This document shows positions 40,060 through 55,358 of a DNA stretch of 64,000 nt, in pieces (position 1 is the first letter of the stretch; each line of letters starts with the position of its first letter). The stretch covers positions 235,228,001 to 235,292,000 of the forward strand of contig OZ024742.1 of the NCBI GenBank assembly GCA_964016885.1. The letters are read 5' to 3'. Origin of the DNA: Eledone cirrhosa (lineage: Eukaryota). Both the position numbers and the translations under genes were made by a program. The notes under the pieces were generated by a model, which made no database searches, was not told where the DNA came from, and worked only from the letters and a program-made list of their open reading frames with translations.

Positions 40060-41225
40060 AACAGCATCTTCTGATGTACATGAGGTGCACCTGGGAGTGA
40101 ATACTAATGTCTGGGTGGCTGAGGTAACAAGAGCAATTAAAGAGCTCAAATGTGACGAAGCCAGTGGGGAGGACGTAATTTGGCCTGAGATATTAAGGGC
40201 CTTACATAGAGAAGGTAATTTTTAGCTGATTCGTGCTTGCCAGGTGACCTGGAAATGCACCTAAGCAATGCCAATGGGGAATGATAGTCTTAATTTTCAA
40301 AAAGGGAGACTAGAAAGATTGCTCCAGTTATAGAGAAATGTCCTTGTTAAGCCTTAATGGTGAAGTCTTATGATAAATGTTTGGCAAAGAAATGTAGGCA
40401 TGTTGTTGAGTTCCAGCTAACTAACACTCAGTATGGATTTTACTCCAGATGCAGCACAGCCTACTAAATGCTCATATTGTGCCTGGTCCTTGGGAAATCA
40501 TGCTAAGAGGTGTATTCTAGCTTTGTAGACATCAAAAAAGTATATGACTACATTTGACGGAACCTGATGTGGGAGGTTCTGTAGAAGTATGGGATTGATG
40601 GACAACTTGTTGCTTTGATGTTTCTATACATATTTGTGTTGAGATAAATGGTGCCAAGTTGAAACCATTAGATATGGATGTCAGTCTCTACCGAGAGTGT
40701 ATACTGTCACTGCATCTGTTATTAATGTTCATGGAAAAGATTAACATGTCTAGCTGCATTTGAAGTGGTTTCAAGATTGATGGGTGTAGAATCAGTTGGC
40801 TGAAAAGAATTGTAGGAGCTGGCGCAGTGATGTACCAGCTTCAGCATTTGGTCATCAGAAAAGAAAGATAGGCGTAAAAATCAAACTCACTATCAGCAAT
40901 TTGTGCCAACTCTTACTTATGGTCATGCTTTTGAGCATTGGCTGAAAGAAAACGATTGTGAATACAGGAGGAAATGGGATTCCTCTGAAGGGACTTTGGA
41001 GTAACATTTCTTGATACAGTGCATAGCTTGGAGATCTGAGATGCTCAGGGTAGAGTTGATACTGCTCCAATTTGAGAGATCACAGCTCTGATATTATGGA
41101 GATGTGGTTAGAATGTCTAAGGTTAGAGTCAGATGGAAAAACTTTGTGGGCAAAACAAACAGGCAGAAGACCCGAGGGTAGAGACCAAGCAAGAAACTTC
41201 GATAACATCCATGAGCTAGGCTAGA
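40060..41225 (+). mobile_element. Old decayed RTE/Rex3-like LINE
   Basis: EVTRAIKELK...ASGED...PEILRAL, IFKKGD..DCSSYR and FVDIKKVYD remnants. Confidence 0.6.
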
Positions 41226-41286
41226 CTCACCTGAGAAAAAAGCTGAATCAATTAGAGAATATATAAACACGCACACACACATATAT

Positions 41287-43080
41287 TCGGGGGTAGTTCC
41301 CCCATTGCCCGCCACTTTGGTGGCCCTGGACATTCCGCACGCCATCTCACAGTCTGTGGCCTACTCCAGTGCCACGGAACACCCGCCAATCGCCTTAGGG
41401 TTGAACAACGAATTATCTTCATCTTACAGACCCACACTCCCCCCGGCCTGAACTCCCCACCCTTATTCCTTTAGCCTTCGACCCCCCCCCCATCCCCCCA
41501 CACTTATCCCCCACTAACACCACTAACACACCCCTCCCTTTCACCGCCCACCCCACAACTAACAATACTAACACCTCCACTCCACCCCTCATCTGACCAC
41601 CCTTCCCCAACTAACATACTAACATCCCTCCCTTCTTCTCCTCCTCCCCCTCCTTATCACACGCACACACCCACCGGCACATATATACACGCGCTCACAC
41701 TAAACACACCCTACTACCACCACTAACCCTCACCCCCACACCTCCATCCTACCACCCCGCAACTAACCTCACTAACACCCCCTAACCCCAAGCACACGAA
41801 CACACGCACCCACTTACACCACCCACCCCACACGCAACTAACATCACTAACACCCCCCAACCCTACACACATGTACCCACACACCCTCGTACACCACCAA
41901 CTTTACACACCCTACCACTACTAACCCCCACTCACACCTGCATTCAACCCCTCCCCACCTCCCGTATACTAACACCCACTAACACCCCTTCATCAAACTA
42001 CACACACACCAGTACACCACACTCCCTCCATAGAACCACACACACCCTTCTCTCCCCGCTCCACCCACACCCTCGCTCCACACTCACTCATCCCACTAAC
42101 ACCTCTACTAATACACACACACACACCCTTCTCACTCCAACTTTCACACCTACCCATCCTCGCCCCTTTACCATTCCACCGACTGCTGCTATGCCCTCTG
42201 ACCACCTCCCAGCACAAACAGACACACAGCACTCCCACTGCTTGACCACTTCCTGTTGCGCGCGCACCCCACATCTCTCCTCTTCCGACCATCGCTTCAT
42301 GGAATACTCGCACGCAGAAATTGACCACCACAGAATCCACTAAACACCTTTGGATTTTACCAACTTTTCAACCATCCTCTTACGTAATCACCTATATAAC
42401 TCACCCACACATACACCCCCAAACATTTTTTTTCTCCACACGCCACCTACACCCACAACACGCTTAAACCCCACACACACGTGCTTTCCACCACATATTT
42501 ACACCCTCAGCCTCCTGATTCCTCTCCCCCCACCCCTCTATCCACACACGCGCAGACACTCCGACCCCCCCCCCCACACACACACACACCTCTTCCTGAA
42601 CATGCAACGCCGTTCTTCCCCCAACCCTTACTTTCACATACACACACACACACACGTACACCTACACACACACACCACCTTCAGCCCTCCCCGCTCGGAC
42701 ACCCCGTCTCCCTCTCCCCACTCCACCCGCCACCACCCCTACACACCCCACACCCTTCCACGACCTGTTTTACCCCCCTTTTAATTTCAGTTTATTTTGA
42801 TCATGCTTTTATATTTAAATTTATTTCATTCCTTGTATTTTGATCATGCTTTATTTTTAATTTTATTTTTATTTTTTTCATTCGCACCGTTTCCTTTCGC
42901 TATATGTCTCTCCACCACTCTCCTACACACCCTTTGAACTCTGTTCCCACACACTTCTCACCTGAGGAAGGGCTAATGCCCGAAACGTCGTCCCCCACCA
43001 ACACCCCACTCTCCAGAGCGTGAAATTAATAAACATTCGTTGTACTGCCTCTCTGTTTTGTCCCTGTTCAAATTTTTCCA
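41287..43080 (+). mobile_element. 5'-truncated Penelope-like element (Neptune/Poseidon-type) with long C/A-rich 3'UTR
   Basis: 41301-41474 encodes PIARHFGGPGHSARHLTVCGLLQCHGTPANRLRVEQRIIFILQTHTPPGLNS*, a GIY-YIG C-terminus missed by the ORF track. A hammerhead core lies at 42962, AATAAA near 43028, then (TA)n. Confidence 0.8.
42955..42995 (+). ncRNA. Hammerhead ribozyme core (stem I not evident)
   Basis: CTGAGGA-A-GGGC taat GCCC-GAAAC gtc GTC. Confidence 0.5.
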
Positions 43081-43100
43081 TTATATATATATATACATAC

Positions 43101-43221
<121 letters not shown>

Positions 43222-43512
43222 CAATAAATGGAGGAGAAGGCAATACATTTAAAAACAAACTTTACATCTTACAGTGTAAAATGTAAAGTTTTTTTAAAAA
43301 TGTATTGCCTTCTCCTCCATTTATTCTGATTATACTTGCTCTGCTTACCTTCTGTGCTTAATTTTCATTAAATATTAACCTTTCTATAATATTTAGCACT
43401 GCACCCCTAAGCATTGAGCACACTTCGCTTTGGCTATTGGTATCTAGTATACTGTATCACAATATTTTCTCTCTCCTCCATTCTTATGATACATATCTCT
43501 TCTTATATATAT

Positions 43513-43810
43513 ATCATCATCATCATCATCATCATCGTTTAACGTCCATATTCCACGCTTGCATGGGTTTGGACGGGAGTTTTCCCACTTGAGGCAAGAG
43601 TGGTTGTCTTGCTCGCATAGGACTGTCTGGCGGGTTTTCTACGACTGGATGCCCTTCCTAACACCAACCACATGTACAGTGTGGAACTGGGAGGTTTTTA
43701 CCGTGTTACCTACACGGCCACATTACAGCGTGGACTGTGTGTTTTTTTTGTCGTGACACCTACACGACCTCATTTGTTTCGGGCTGGATGTTGTGGTACC
43801 AACATAACTT

Positions 43811-43815
<5 letters not shown>
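43513..43815 (-). mobile_element. SINE-like RTE 3' end
   Basis: Near-identical to 16107-16400 and 26115-26410. Confidence 0.85.
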
Positions 43816-43869
<54 letters not shown>

Positions 43870-43876
<7 letters not shown>

Positions 43877-46105
43877 TGTGTCTATCAATGCCACTTTTAC
43901 TGTCTAATTTCCCTGTACGTATGCATACGTATGCATACGTATGCATACGTATTTCTCCCTACCTGTTAGTTTGCCTGCTATCCCACTACATCTCTTGTGT
44001 ACCCAGGATCTGCATTGTGTGCATTTTATAGAATTTATGCCAGTTCCTTTTCTGCATATCGAACATGGCCATTTCCCTGATGGAATCAGAGTTTTGTCCT
44101 CTTTTCTACTCATCAACACTTTTGTCTTAGCTATGTTCACTCTCAGTCCTCTTGCTTCCAACTGCTGTTTCCATAGCCAGAATTTCTTCTCTAGCTCCTC
44201 TACTGATTCTGTTATAAGAACCAGATCGTCAGCATAGAGAAGTTCCCATGGACAGCCAGTCTTAAACTCCTCTGTTATGGCTTGGAGGACTATAATGAAC
44301 AAGAGCGGGCTGAGGACCGAACCTTGATGTACTACTACTTGTATCTGGAATTCCTCACTAACATCCAATCCTACCCTGACTTTACTGACAGTACCTCTGT
44401 ACAACATTTGCACTGTTCTCACAAGCCATTCCTCAACACTTAGTTTCCTTAGGGACCACCAGATGGCAGATTGGGGTACCCTATCAAAGGCCTTCTCTAG
44501 GTCAACAAAGGCTAAGTATAGTGGCTTATTTTTCTCTAAGAACCTCTCTTGTAATTGTCTCACCAAGAAGAGGGCATCTGTTGTACTTTTCCCAGGCAGA
44601 AAACCAAACTGCATCTCATCTAGTTTGACCCTTTCTCTAATTAGTTGTGCTAATATCCTTTCTGCCACTTTCATAATAACTGGAATTTTATACCCTTCAG
44701 TTTTATACCCCTATAATTGCTCCTCTCCAGAGCATCCCCTTTACCTTTGTAGCAATTTATGAGAATACTGATGCACCAGCCTTTGGGTATGACACCACCA
44801 TATATAGCCTGATTGATGATGTGTGCAACCAGTTTAGTACCTACGTCCCCTGATGCCTTCAGCATTTCAGCAACTATCCCCGATGGTCCAGCAGCCTTAC
44901 CATTCTTCATTTCCTTAATCGCCCCTTGGACCCTATATTCGTCAATCTCAATAGCTGGTCCCTCTGTTGGGTCTACTGGAGGTAATTCCTCTCTGTCCCA
45001 TTCATTCTCCACATTCATCAGTCTCTCATAATGACATTTCCAGGCCTCCTTTTTCTGATCATTTGTGACACTAAGTACACCGGCATCATTCCGGACACAT
45101 TTATCTCCAACAACATCCTGATTTGCACTGACACACTGCCTTGCAATGTGGAACACTGCACGCCTCTGATCTTCCCATCGCAGAACATTGGCAAACCTCC
45201 TACTCTCAGCCTCCCTGCGTGCTAAGTACATCTGACGTCTAGCTTCTCTCTTAGCGGCTGTATATCCTTCTCTACTCCCACCCTTTTCCCAAGCCTTCCA
45301 TGCTAGTCTGTTGTCTCTAATGGCTTTATCTACTGTGCTGTTCCACCACCAGGTCACTCTCTGTCTGGTTGGAGCTCTGCTCCAGCCACAAGTTTCATCA
45401 GTAGCCTGCAGTAAGTTGTCACGTAAGAAATTCCAGTTATTATCTATGTCATACGTCTCTAAATCGTCTTCTTTTTCGTCATACACATCTTGAAGGGCTT
45501 TCCTAAATTTGTATTTTAGTGAAAGGTCTTTTAGCTTCCAGACCTTTCTTCTCCACACCTTCCTGTATGTCTCATTCCATATCTTGCTTACTGAGATATC
45601 ACTAACGACTAACCTATGCTGTGGGGTACATTCTTCCCCAGGGTATGCCTTGGTATTAGACACCATCTGCCTGTCCTGCTGCCTAACTAGTAAGAAGTCA
45701 ATCTGGCTTATGTGCTCGCCTGATTTGTAGGTTATTAGGTGGTTAGCAGTTTTCTGGAAGTTAGTGTTGCAAATAGTCAGTGTACTTGCATCACAAAATT
45801 CAAGAAGTCTCACACCTTCTTCCTTTCTTGAGCCGTAACCGTGCCCACCATGTACCCCATTGTAACCATCCTGGAACTGTCCAACATGACCATTGAAGTC
45901 CCCTGCTAGCATAATGATGTCTCCGTCCTCTGTCATTGCGGCTGTTTGTAAAAGTTGCTCGTAAAAGCAGTCTTTCTCATCTTTTCCTAGGCCTGCTTGG
46001 GGAGAATAGGCAGAGATGATTGTCAGTAGTCTCCTGCCTACAACTAATCTAAGCTTAATTATTCGATTACTAACCCAAACTACCTCTATTGTCTTATTGA
46101 TCCAT
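43870..46105 (-). mobile_element. RTE LINE, young but truncated (AP endonuclease, RT, PHD-like finger)
   Basis: ORFs 45936-44671 (AGDFNGHVG, ITYKSG, QIDFLL, QHRLV) and 44674-43904 (QFGF, FVDLEKAFDRVP, HQGSVLSPLLF, YADD, CSIC...CTQC..WVHKRC), separated by one frameshift/deletion. Confidence 0.95.
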
Positions 46106-46128
46106 ATATTGATCTATATATATTGATC

Positions 46129-46242
<114 letters not shown>

Positions 46243-47087
46243 AAGGTTAAACAATTAATTTCAACAATGAATATTGGACGCGTTCAGATAGGAATACAAA
46301 CTTTGACATTACCATGGGATCATCGGACTCAGCGCAGGTCACGGATCTTCTGGGGATTTTCATCTTAAATATGGTAAATAGAAAACTACCGGAGATTACT
46401 GATGGTTGATATAGGGACGATATTTTATTTACGGTTGTCAAACATAGCAATACAGAACTAAATAGGGTTAAGAAAACTATAATTGAATTCTTTAAAAATT
46501 ACGACCTTAAATTAGAAGTTGAAAGTAGTACCAAAATAGTTAATTTCCTTGACGTTACCCTTAATTTAAACTCAGGTTTTTATTACCCTTTTCATAAGCC
46601 CAATGAAAACTTAAACTACGTTAGCTATTACTCTAATCACCCTAAATCTGTGAAAAACGCAATAGTCAATAGTGTACAGAAACGCATAACTAGAATATCC
46701 GCTAATAAATCCATATTTGATGAAAAAGCAGGATATTATAATGACGCGCTACGAAAGGCATAATTATAATCCTAATAAGATTAACATGTATAAACGAGAT
46801 TCTAAAAATGTTAATACAAACACCACTACCGTAAATAAATCGGGCAAAAAAATCAGAACTAAATCAGTTATATGCCCCCCCCCCCCCACCGGCTTCTGTA
46901 GCAATAAAAACTCCACTCGCAAATCTAGTCTTTAAAGCTTTAGATAAATCCTTCCACATTCAACATAAATACCGTTCCATATTTAACAGACACACAATTA
47001 AGCTTTCTTATTCTACAACTATGAATATGGCCCAAAACATCGCTAAAATAAATAGTAGAATTCTAAATCAACATACATTTAACGATA

Positions 47088-47651
47088 ATGAACACTAGCA
47101 ATATTGACACTAGAAATAACAGTAACATCGCAATCAATAGAACATTTCGGAATACTAATAATGTTAATGTAAATAGTACAATTTATAGTAATAACAATAA
47201 ATCGAAGTGTAATTGTAGAAATAGACCAGATTGCCCTCTGCAAAATAACTGTCTTGATAGCAATCTGGTATATAAATGTACCGTAAAAGCAAATAACATC
47301 ACATATAACTATATAGGTGCAACTTCTTCGACATTTAAATCAAGATTTGCGAATCACAAATGCTCTTTTTCGAATCCTAATAGGAAATCTTCGACTTCTT
47401 TATCACAATTTATATGGTCATTAAAAGACAAAAACTTAAAATACTCGATTTCTTGGGCGAAGTTATGTAATAGTAGAATTTATTTGAATTCGTCAATATC
47501 ACTTAACTGCAGCCTCTGTACCATGGAGACCCTTTTAATAATTACTGATGGTGAAAATTTAATTAACAAAAAGAGTGAATTATTCTCAAACTGCCTTCAT
47601 AAAGCTTTGTCTACATTCCAAGCCTCGCAAAAAGTCAGGAAAAAACACTAA
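47088..47651 (+). pseudogene. GIY-YIG endonuclease domain of the Naiad-type Penelope-like element
   Basis: CNCRNRPDCPLQNNCL..LVYKCTV...YIGATSSTFKSRFANHK...CSLC..E...INKKSELFSNCLH. Confidence 0.88.
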
Positions 47652-48341
47652 ATATACAGGTTCTAATTTTTGATGTCTCTTATCAACTGTGTACCTAAAA
47701 CGTTATAACAGATTATAAAACTTTAATAATTTTTATTTTTTAATTCTTTTATGATATGATTAATGTTAAATTAAAGGGTTCTGTATAGGTATATAAACAC
47801 ATTATTGGTTAACATGATCTTTTGAGGAATGTGCATATCTTTTGATTGTTAAGATATATTTAATTTTTGACCTGGATTCTTGTATATATTATTTTTAATA
47901 TATGGCTTATACGCTTAACAATTATAATGTACCGTAAATCACTCATGCATTTATGTTTTTGAATATTTATTCATTTGGAGTATGTTTTACGATTCAGGAA
48001 GTTTGATTTATATATTTTTATTTATATATATTTACGGTATATGCGTCACACACCATACTAGTTGGCAAACTTTTTTCCACTTATCTTGATGTAAAACTTC
48101 AATTATAACATTACTAACAATGATTGTACTAATTATTTATTATATGTATATCGATCACTAATATCTGGAATACTCTATTTATATTTGAACAAATCTGTAT
48201 ATCTAGTATAATAACATGCCTCTAGTTACATTTATAAGTACTTTAAATACTTTAATGACTTTCTAGTGTTATAATCGTTAAATATTTTCTAAATATTTTA
48301 AAACTCTCTAAGTTATATAACGATTATTATTGATAAGTACT

Positions 48342-48537
48342 GTGAAGAGCGGTGGAATGGCAGTAACGGTAGAGGGTCGGACGCCATGCTTTGACGTATA
48401 GAGTTACGGCCCTTGCCATTCTGAGTTCAAATCCCGCCGAGGTTAACTTTGCCTTTCATCCTTATGGGGTTGATAAAATAAAGTACCAGCAATACACTGG
48501 GTAATTGCTGGCCTTGTGCCAAAACTAGAAACAATTA
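48342..48537 (+). mobile_element. tRNA-derived SINE with 16-bp target-site duplication, inside the PLE 3'UTR
   Basis: Flanked by attattgataagtact at 48326-48341 and 48534-48549. Confidence 0.9.
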
Positions 48538-49909
48538 TTGATAAGTACTTTGATACTTTAATGATTTTCTAGTGTTATAATCGTTAAATATGTTCTAAAT
48601 ATTTTCTAAATTTTCTAAGTTATATAACGATTATTATTTAATTTAATTTAATTAAATTTGGCTTACCTTCGGGTCAATGAAATCCTTAGGCTTTCTCTTT
48701 CTCATGTTTGCAGACACATTATACTACTATATAAATTTATAAAGAAAATCTAAGATCGCAGACAATTCACTTTTTTACTTTGAATCAGATTCTTATCCGT
48801 ATGATTCAAGAAGTTTGACTTGTATATTTATAGTATATATGTGTTACATGACCTTATAATAATTGATCTAAAACCTTAATTTTTAACAATATTATCAGTA
48901 ACTTATTTATTGTATTATATTATGTTATATATAAATGATAGGTATCATCTTAATCTTTAGACAATATAATCTTTGTTTATATTTAGACAAATGCATATAT
49001 CTAATTTAATAATAAACTTTTTAAGTTTAATTATAAGGCCTTTTGATGCTTTAAGGCATTCTAATTGTTAATCTAAGTTTTTTTAAATTATAACTAATTA
49101 TTTTATAAATTATATAATGCGAATTATCTTCAATATAATATAAATAATTAATTATATTATAATAAAATTATTAAGATTTATCTTCGAGAGGATGAAAAAT
49201 AGCATGCCTTCTCTCTCTTGTTTGCAAATAGTTTAAATATGAATTCATAAAATATGATTTTATAAATTAAATATGATAGTATACTTTAATATTAATACAG
49301 ATATTTATAAACTTTTATAGCCTGAAATATTATACACTTTAATTAATTCATTACTCTGAACTAACTTAAATGATTTGAAAGTTAACGGTCAACAGGATTC
49401 GTTTGGATAGTATATATAACTAATTAACTAAGGAAATTAACCTTTATTGATTACACCCAGTTATATTTAGGATTTAGAGTGATGAATATTTCTAGATAAT
49501 TCAATAATTCAATGATTCGAGTTTACTCTATCGCATAGGCAAGCCCAAATGTATAGTTATGTATAGATATATATAATCCCTATAATTTATAATTATTCCT
49601 CTTTGTCTCCCTTTCCTTGATCAATTCTATTTTGCTCTCTATACCCCTTCTAGCTATATTTTCCCCTCATCTGTTTTCTCTCTGTCTTTTTTCTTTCCTC
49701 TTTCTTCAATAATTATTTGAATCTCTAACAGTTATGTAAATTACTGTTATGTATTTTTAAGCTTTCTTACACGCACCCTCTGTATTATATGTAAGTTTTT
49801 TTCATGTATCAATCTTAAGGTATATAAATATTAAGTTTTGTCATATCTTATTCACTACCATGACTGGATCTTAACCATCTACTATGTCAGGGTATGTCAT
49901 GCATCATCT

Positions 49910-49976
49910 TATTTTATCTGATGAGGACGTACTGTTGAAGTTAGTTCAGTACCTCTGAAATATGTATAATAAAATA
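49910..49976 (+). ncRNA. Type I minimal hammerhead ribozyme at the PLE 3' terminus
   Basis: tattttat-CTGATGA-ggacgtactg...cagtacctct-GAAA-t atgt ATA-ataaaata, with a perfect 8-bp stem I, a stem II hairpin and a minimal stem III. Confidence 0.7.
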
Positions 49977-50017
49977 TACTTAATCACAAGAAGTTCTATT
50001 TTTAAAAATATTTTGAA

Positions 50018-51862
<1,845 letters not shown>

Positions 51863-52062
51863 TCCAGTGGGTGTAACTAGGAGTTACTGCAGGTTCACCC
51901 GGGTGAGCACTCGATGTTTAGGTTCACTTCTGTGATGATGTGTAGAGCTATACAGAGTGTAAAATATAGAAAGGATAAAAAGGACGATTGATTATTTCTT
52001 CATTGCATTTATTGATAGGTGACGCGCGTTTCGCCACTGATCAGCTCAAGGTTCGATCTATA

Positions 52063-52874
52063 TCGATCCTACTCGACTCAATAATCGGCAGCTCGACGGG
52101 CTCTCTTAAAATGCTATAAGAAAATGAAATACATGCTATGTGGTAAAGTCAGAGTTTCAAGAGTTTGACAAAATGAATTGTTTTGATTGGTGGGAAGGAT
52201 CAAGGCGATGTACTGGCCTGTAGTGTATATGGGGGTGGGTGTGATGGTGAGATGTTGGTGACGGTCTGTGGATGAGGTGGGCTGTGGTGTGGTGGTGGTT
52301 GGTTGGCCTTGGCGTGATGAGTATGTGGGGGTGGATGTGATGATATGGTGGTGGTTAAGGTTATTTAGTGGGATGGGCTGTGGTCTGAGGTTAGTGGATT
52401 GTTAGTGGATCGTCTAACTATGTATCTATGTAAGGACCTGACGCCACCAATACATCCACCACACCACCACAAACGCCGCTACCATAGACAACGGCACCAC
52501 TACCACACCCCCACCCACACGCCAACCCGTCTACTGACAATCCACTAACCTCATAACACAGCCCATCCCACTAAATAACCTTAACCACCACCATATCATC
52601 ACATCCACCCCCACATACTCTACACGCCAAGGCCAACGCACCACCACCACACCACAGCCCACCTCATCCACAGACCGTCACCAACATCTCACCATCACAC
52701 CCACCCCCATATACACTACAGGCCAGTACATCGCCTTGATCCTTCCCACCAATCAAAACAACTCATTTTGTCAAACTCTTGAAACTCTGACTTTACCACA
52801 TAGCATGTATTTCATTTTCTTATAGCATTTTAAGAGGGTCCGTCGAGCTGCCGATTATTGAGTCGGGTAGGATC

Positions 52875-52876
<2 letters not shown>
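52063..52876. repeat. Long inverted repeat (about 345-bp arms, 120-bp spacer), probably inverted PLE terminal repeats
   Basis: 52063-52408 is the near reverse complement of 52531-52876; the minus strand next to it has GAAACGCGCGTC followed by AATAAA. Confidence 0.85.
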
Positions 52877-52934
<58 letters not shown>

Positions 52935-53865
52935 TAAAATAACAGATTAAAGTTTAAGCAAAGAATCGCTGCTTTCACCCTTAACGGGATCTTCTGAAAC
53001 TAACAAAGTCAATCTGTAAACGCAGAAGTGGATATTTCAAAAAACGTTGCAACCGGAGGAAGACAGGAAGACGATACTTTGGTTCGTGGTAACGTTCGCT
53101 GGCAAAGAACAGGAAAAAACGAATAATACGTCATTAATAGGAGCGGTGAAAAACAATTACGCGCAAAGACAGAACCACGTTTATGGTATAAAAGAGGTCG
53201 TAGACTAATGTTCTCTTAGGTGGTGCATAGAGACGTTCTCTGGCAATGAACGAAAAAACGAAGATAATAAGTCATATGTGGAGCGTGGAGAACAATAGCA
53301 CGCAAAGACAAAACCACGTAAATGGTATAGCAGAAATCGTAGACTAAAATTCTAACTAGGAGACCAAATGAATCTCCGCTACAGAGTTAAGAACAAAGTA
53401 AATAAATACAATACAGAAGTAATAGAAACAAATAAATACATACACGCAAACAGATACGTACATACACAAGCATACGCAAAACCTTACCATAGGTATACAA
53501 AACCACGCACATATAAATATGTGTGTGTGTGTATGCGCTCTGAACATGATGAATACCTAAATGTATTCGTGAATGAATAATAATAATATCATAATAATAT
53601 CATAATATTAATATTCGGCGGCACGAATAAAAGCACCTAGTCCATGCTGTAAAGTGGTGCCGGGAATAGGAAGGGCATCCAAGCAGTATATTATTAATGC
53701 CAAATTATGAGCAGAAAATTCAAATATTATAATGGTAACTGCATAAACAGTAATACCACTAACCATGTTTCGGCTGCACACGATAGTGGGGTGGCTAGTG
53801 CGGCCATATGCGAGAACCCCTCGACTGTCATCAAGCAATTGCAAAACAACAACAATAATAATAAT

Positions 53866-54075
53866 GATTTCTAGTATAGGCACAAGGCCAGTAATTTGGG
53901 GAGAGGGGAAAGTCGATTAAATCGACCCCAGTATGTTACTGGTGCTTTATTTTATCGACCCCGTAAGGATGAAAGGCAAAGTTAACCTCGGCGGGATTTT
54001 AACTCAGACCGTAAAAGGGCGTAACTCTATGCGTCAAAGCATGGCGTCCGGCCTTCTACCGATACTGCCAATCTA
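53866..54075 (-). mobile_element. tRNA-derived SINE
   Basis: Same family as 12811. Confidence 0.85.
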
Positions 54076-54144
54076 CCAACAATAATAATAATGATAATGA
54101 TTTTATGTATTTTTCCTTGCAGACCAAAAGGAAAAAATCAACGA

Positions 54145-55358
54145 AAGATGACACATCTCAAGGTTGCCACACTTAATGTTAGCACTCTGAGAGGTAGATC
54201 TGGTGAGATAGTAGAGATGTTAGAGAGGAGACATGTGGTTGTGTGCTGTGTGCAAGAGGTGAAATGGAGAGGTGCCTCAGCAAGGCAAATCACAGGCAAA
54301 CAGTTTAGCGATAATCTTTTCTGGGGAAATTATGATGGAATAGGTGGGATAGGCATTTTACTGGCTGAGAAGTAGATTGACAAGACAATAGAGGCAGTTA
54401 GAGTAAGTAATAGAATAATCAAGATTGGATTAGTTGTAGGCAATAGGCTGCTGACAATTATCTCTACCTATGCTTCCCAAGCAGGACTAGGTAAAGAAGT
54501 GGTTCCTAAGGAAACTAGGTGTAGAGGAATGGCTTGTGAGGACAGTGCACGCTCTGTACAGAGGAGCTGTCAGTAAAGTAAGGGTAGGAATGGAGTTTAG
54601 TGCAGAATTCCAGATACAAGTAGGTGTTCATCAAGGTTTGGTCCTCAGCCCACCTTTGTTCATTATAGTTCACCAAGCCATAACATAGGAGTTTAAGACT
54701 GGCTGCCGATGGGAACTTCTCTATGCCAACAATATGGTACCTATAGAAGAATCAGTAGAGGAGCTAGAGAATAAATTCTGGCTGTGGAAATAGCAGTTAG
54801 AATAAAAAAGACTGAGAGTAAACCTAGCAAAAACTAAAATATTGATAAGTAGGAAAGAGAGCAAGACTGTGATTCCATCAGGGAAATGGCCATGTTCAAT
54901 ATGTAGAAAAGGGGTTGGCATAAACTCTATAAAATGTACACAATGCAAATCTTGGGTACACAACAGGTGTTGTGGAATAGCAGGCAAACTAACAGGAAAG
55001 CAAAACTTTGTATGTACTAGATGTTCAGGGAAAATTGATAGTAGAAGTGTCAGTGATAGGCACATTTTTCAAATACAGGTAGGATCTATAGAGGTGGTTG
55101 ATAGCTTCCGAAATCTAGGTGATCTGCGGCCATAGTATCTAGAATAAGGACAGGATGGAAGAAGTTTAGGGAGCTGCTTCCTCTGTTGACAAGGACGGGT
55201 TTCTCTCTGTGAATGAAAAATCAGTTGAATGATGCGCGATGCTGCATGGTAGTGAAACGTGGGCAGCAACTGCAGAGGATATGCGAAGGCTGGAGAGAAA
55301 TGAAGCAAGCATTCTCTGATGACTGTCCAATGTCAATGTGTGTGAACGACCAAGCATA
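54145..55358 (+). mobile_element. RTE LINE relic with large internal deletion
   Basis: LKVATLNVSTL...CVQEVKW (APE start) is joined near 54500 to the late RT and PHD-like finger. Confidence 0.88.

Noticed and set aside
46400-46425. In-frame TGA in the Naiad-type RT (G*YRDD) as selenocysteine, since some Naiads encode selenoproteins
   Set aside because: It falls at a conserved Leu position (TTA to TGA), the Cys codons in the endonuclease are normal, and the copy has other frameshifts.
48342-48440. tRNA gene (A and B boxes present)
   Set aside because: It is the head of a multi-copy SINE with a target-site duplication; no complete cloverleaf.
52960-53000. Minus-strand cagaaga-tccc-gttaa-gggt-gaaa hammerhead-like motif
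   Set aside because: The core is mutated and there is no stem I.
53085-53350. Tandem duplication of about 140 bp
   Set aside because: Two diverged units with no coding or structural signal; an ordinary local duplication.
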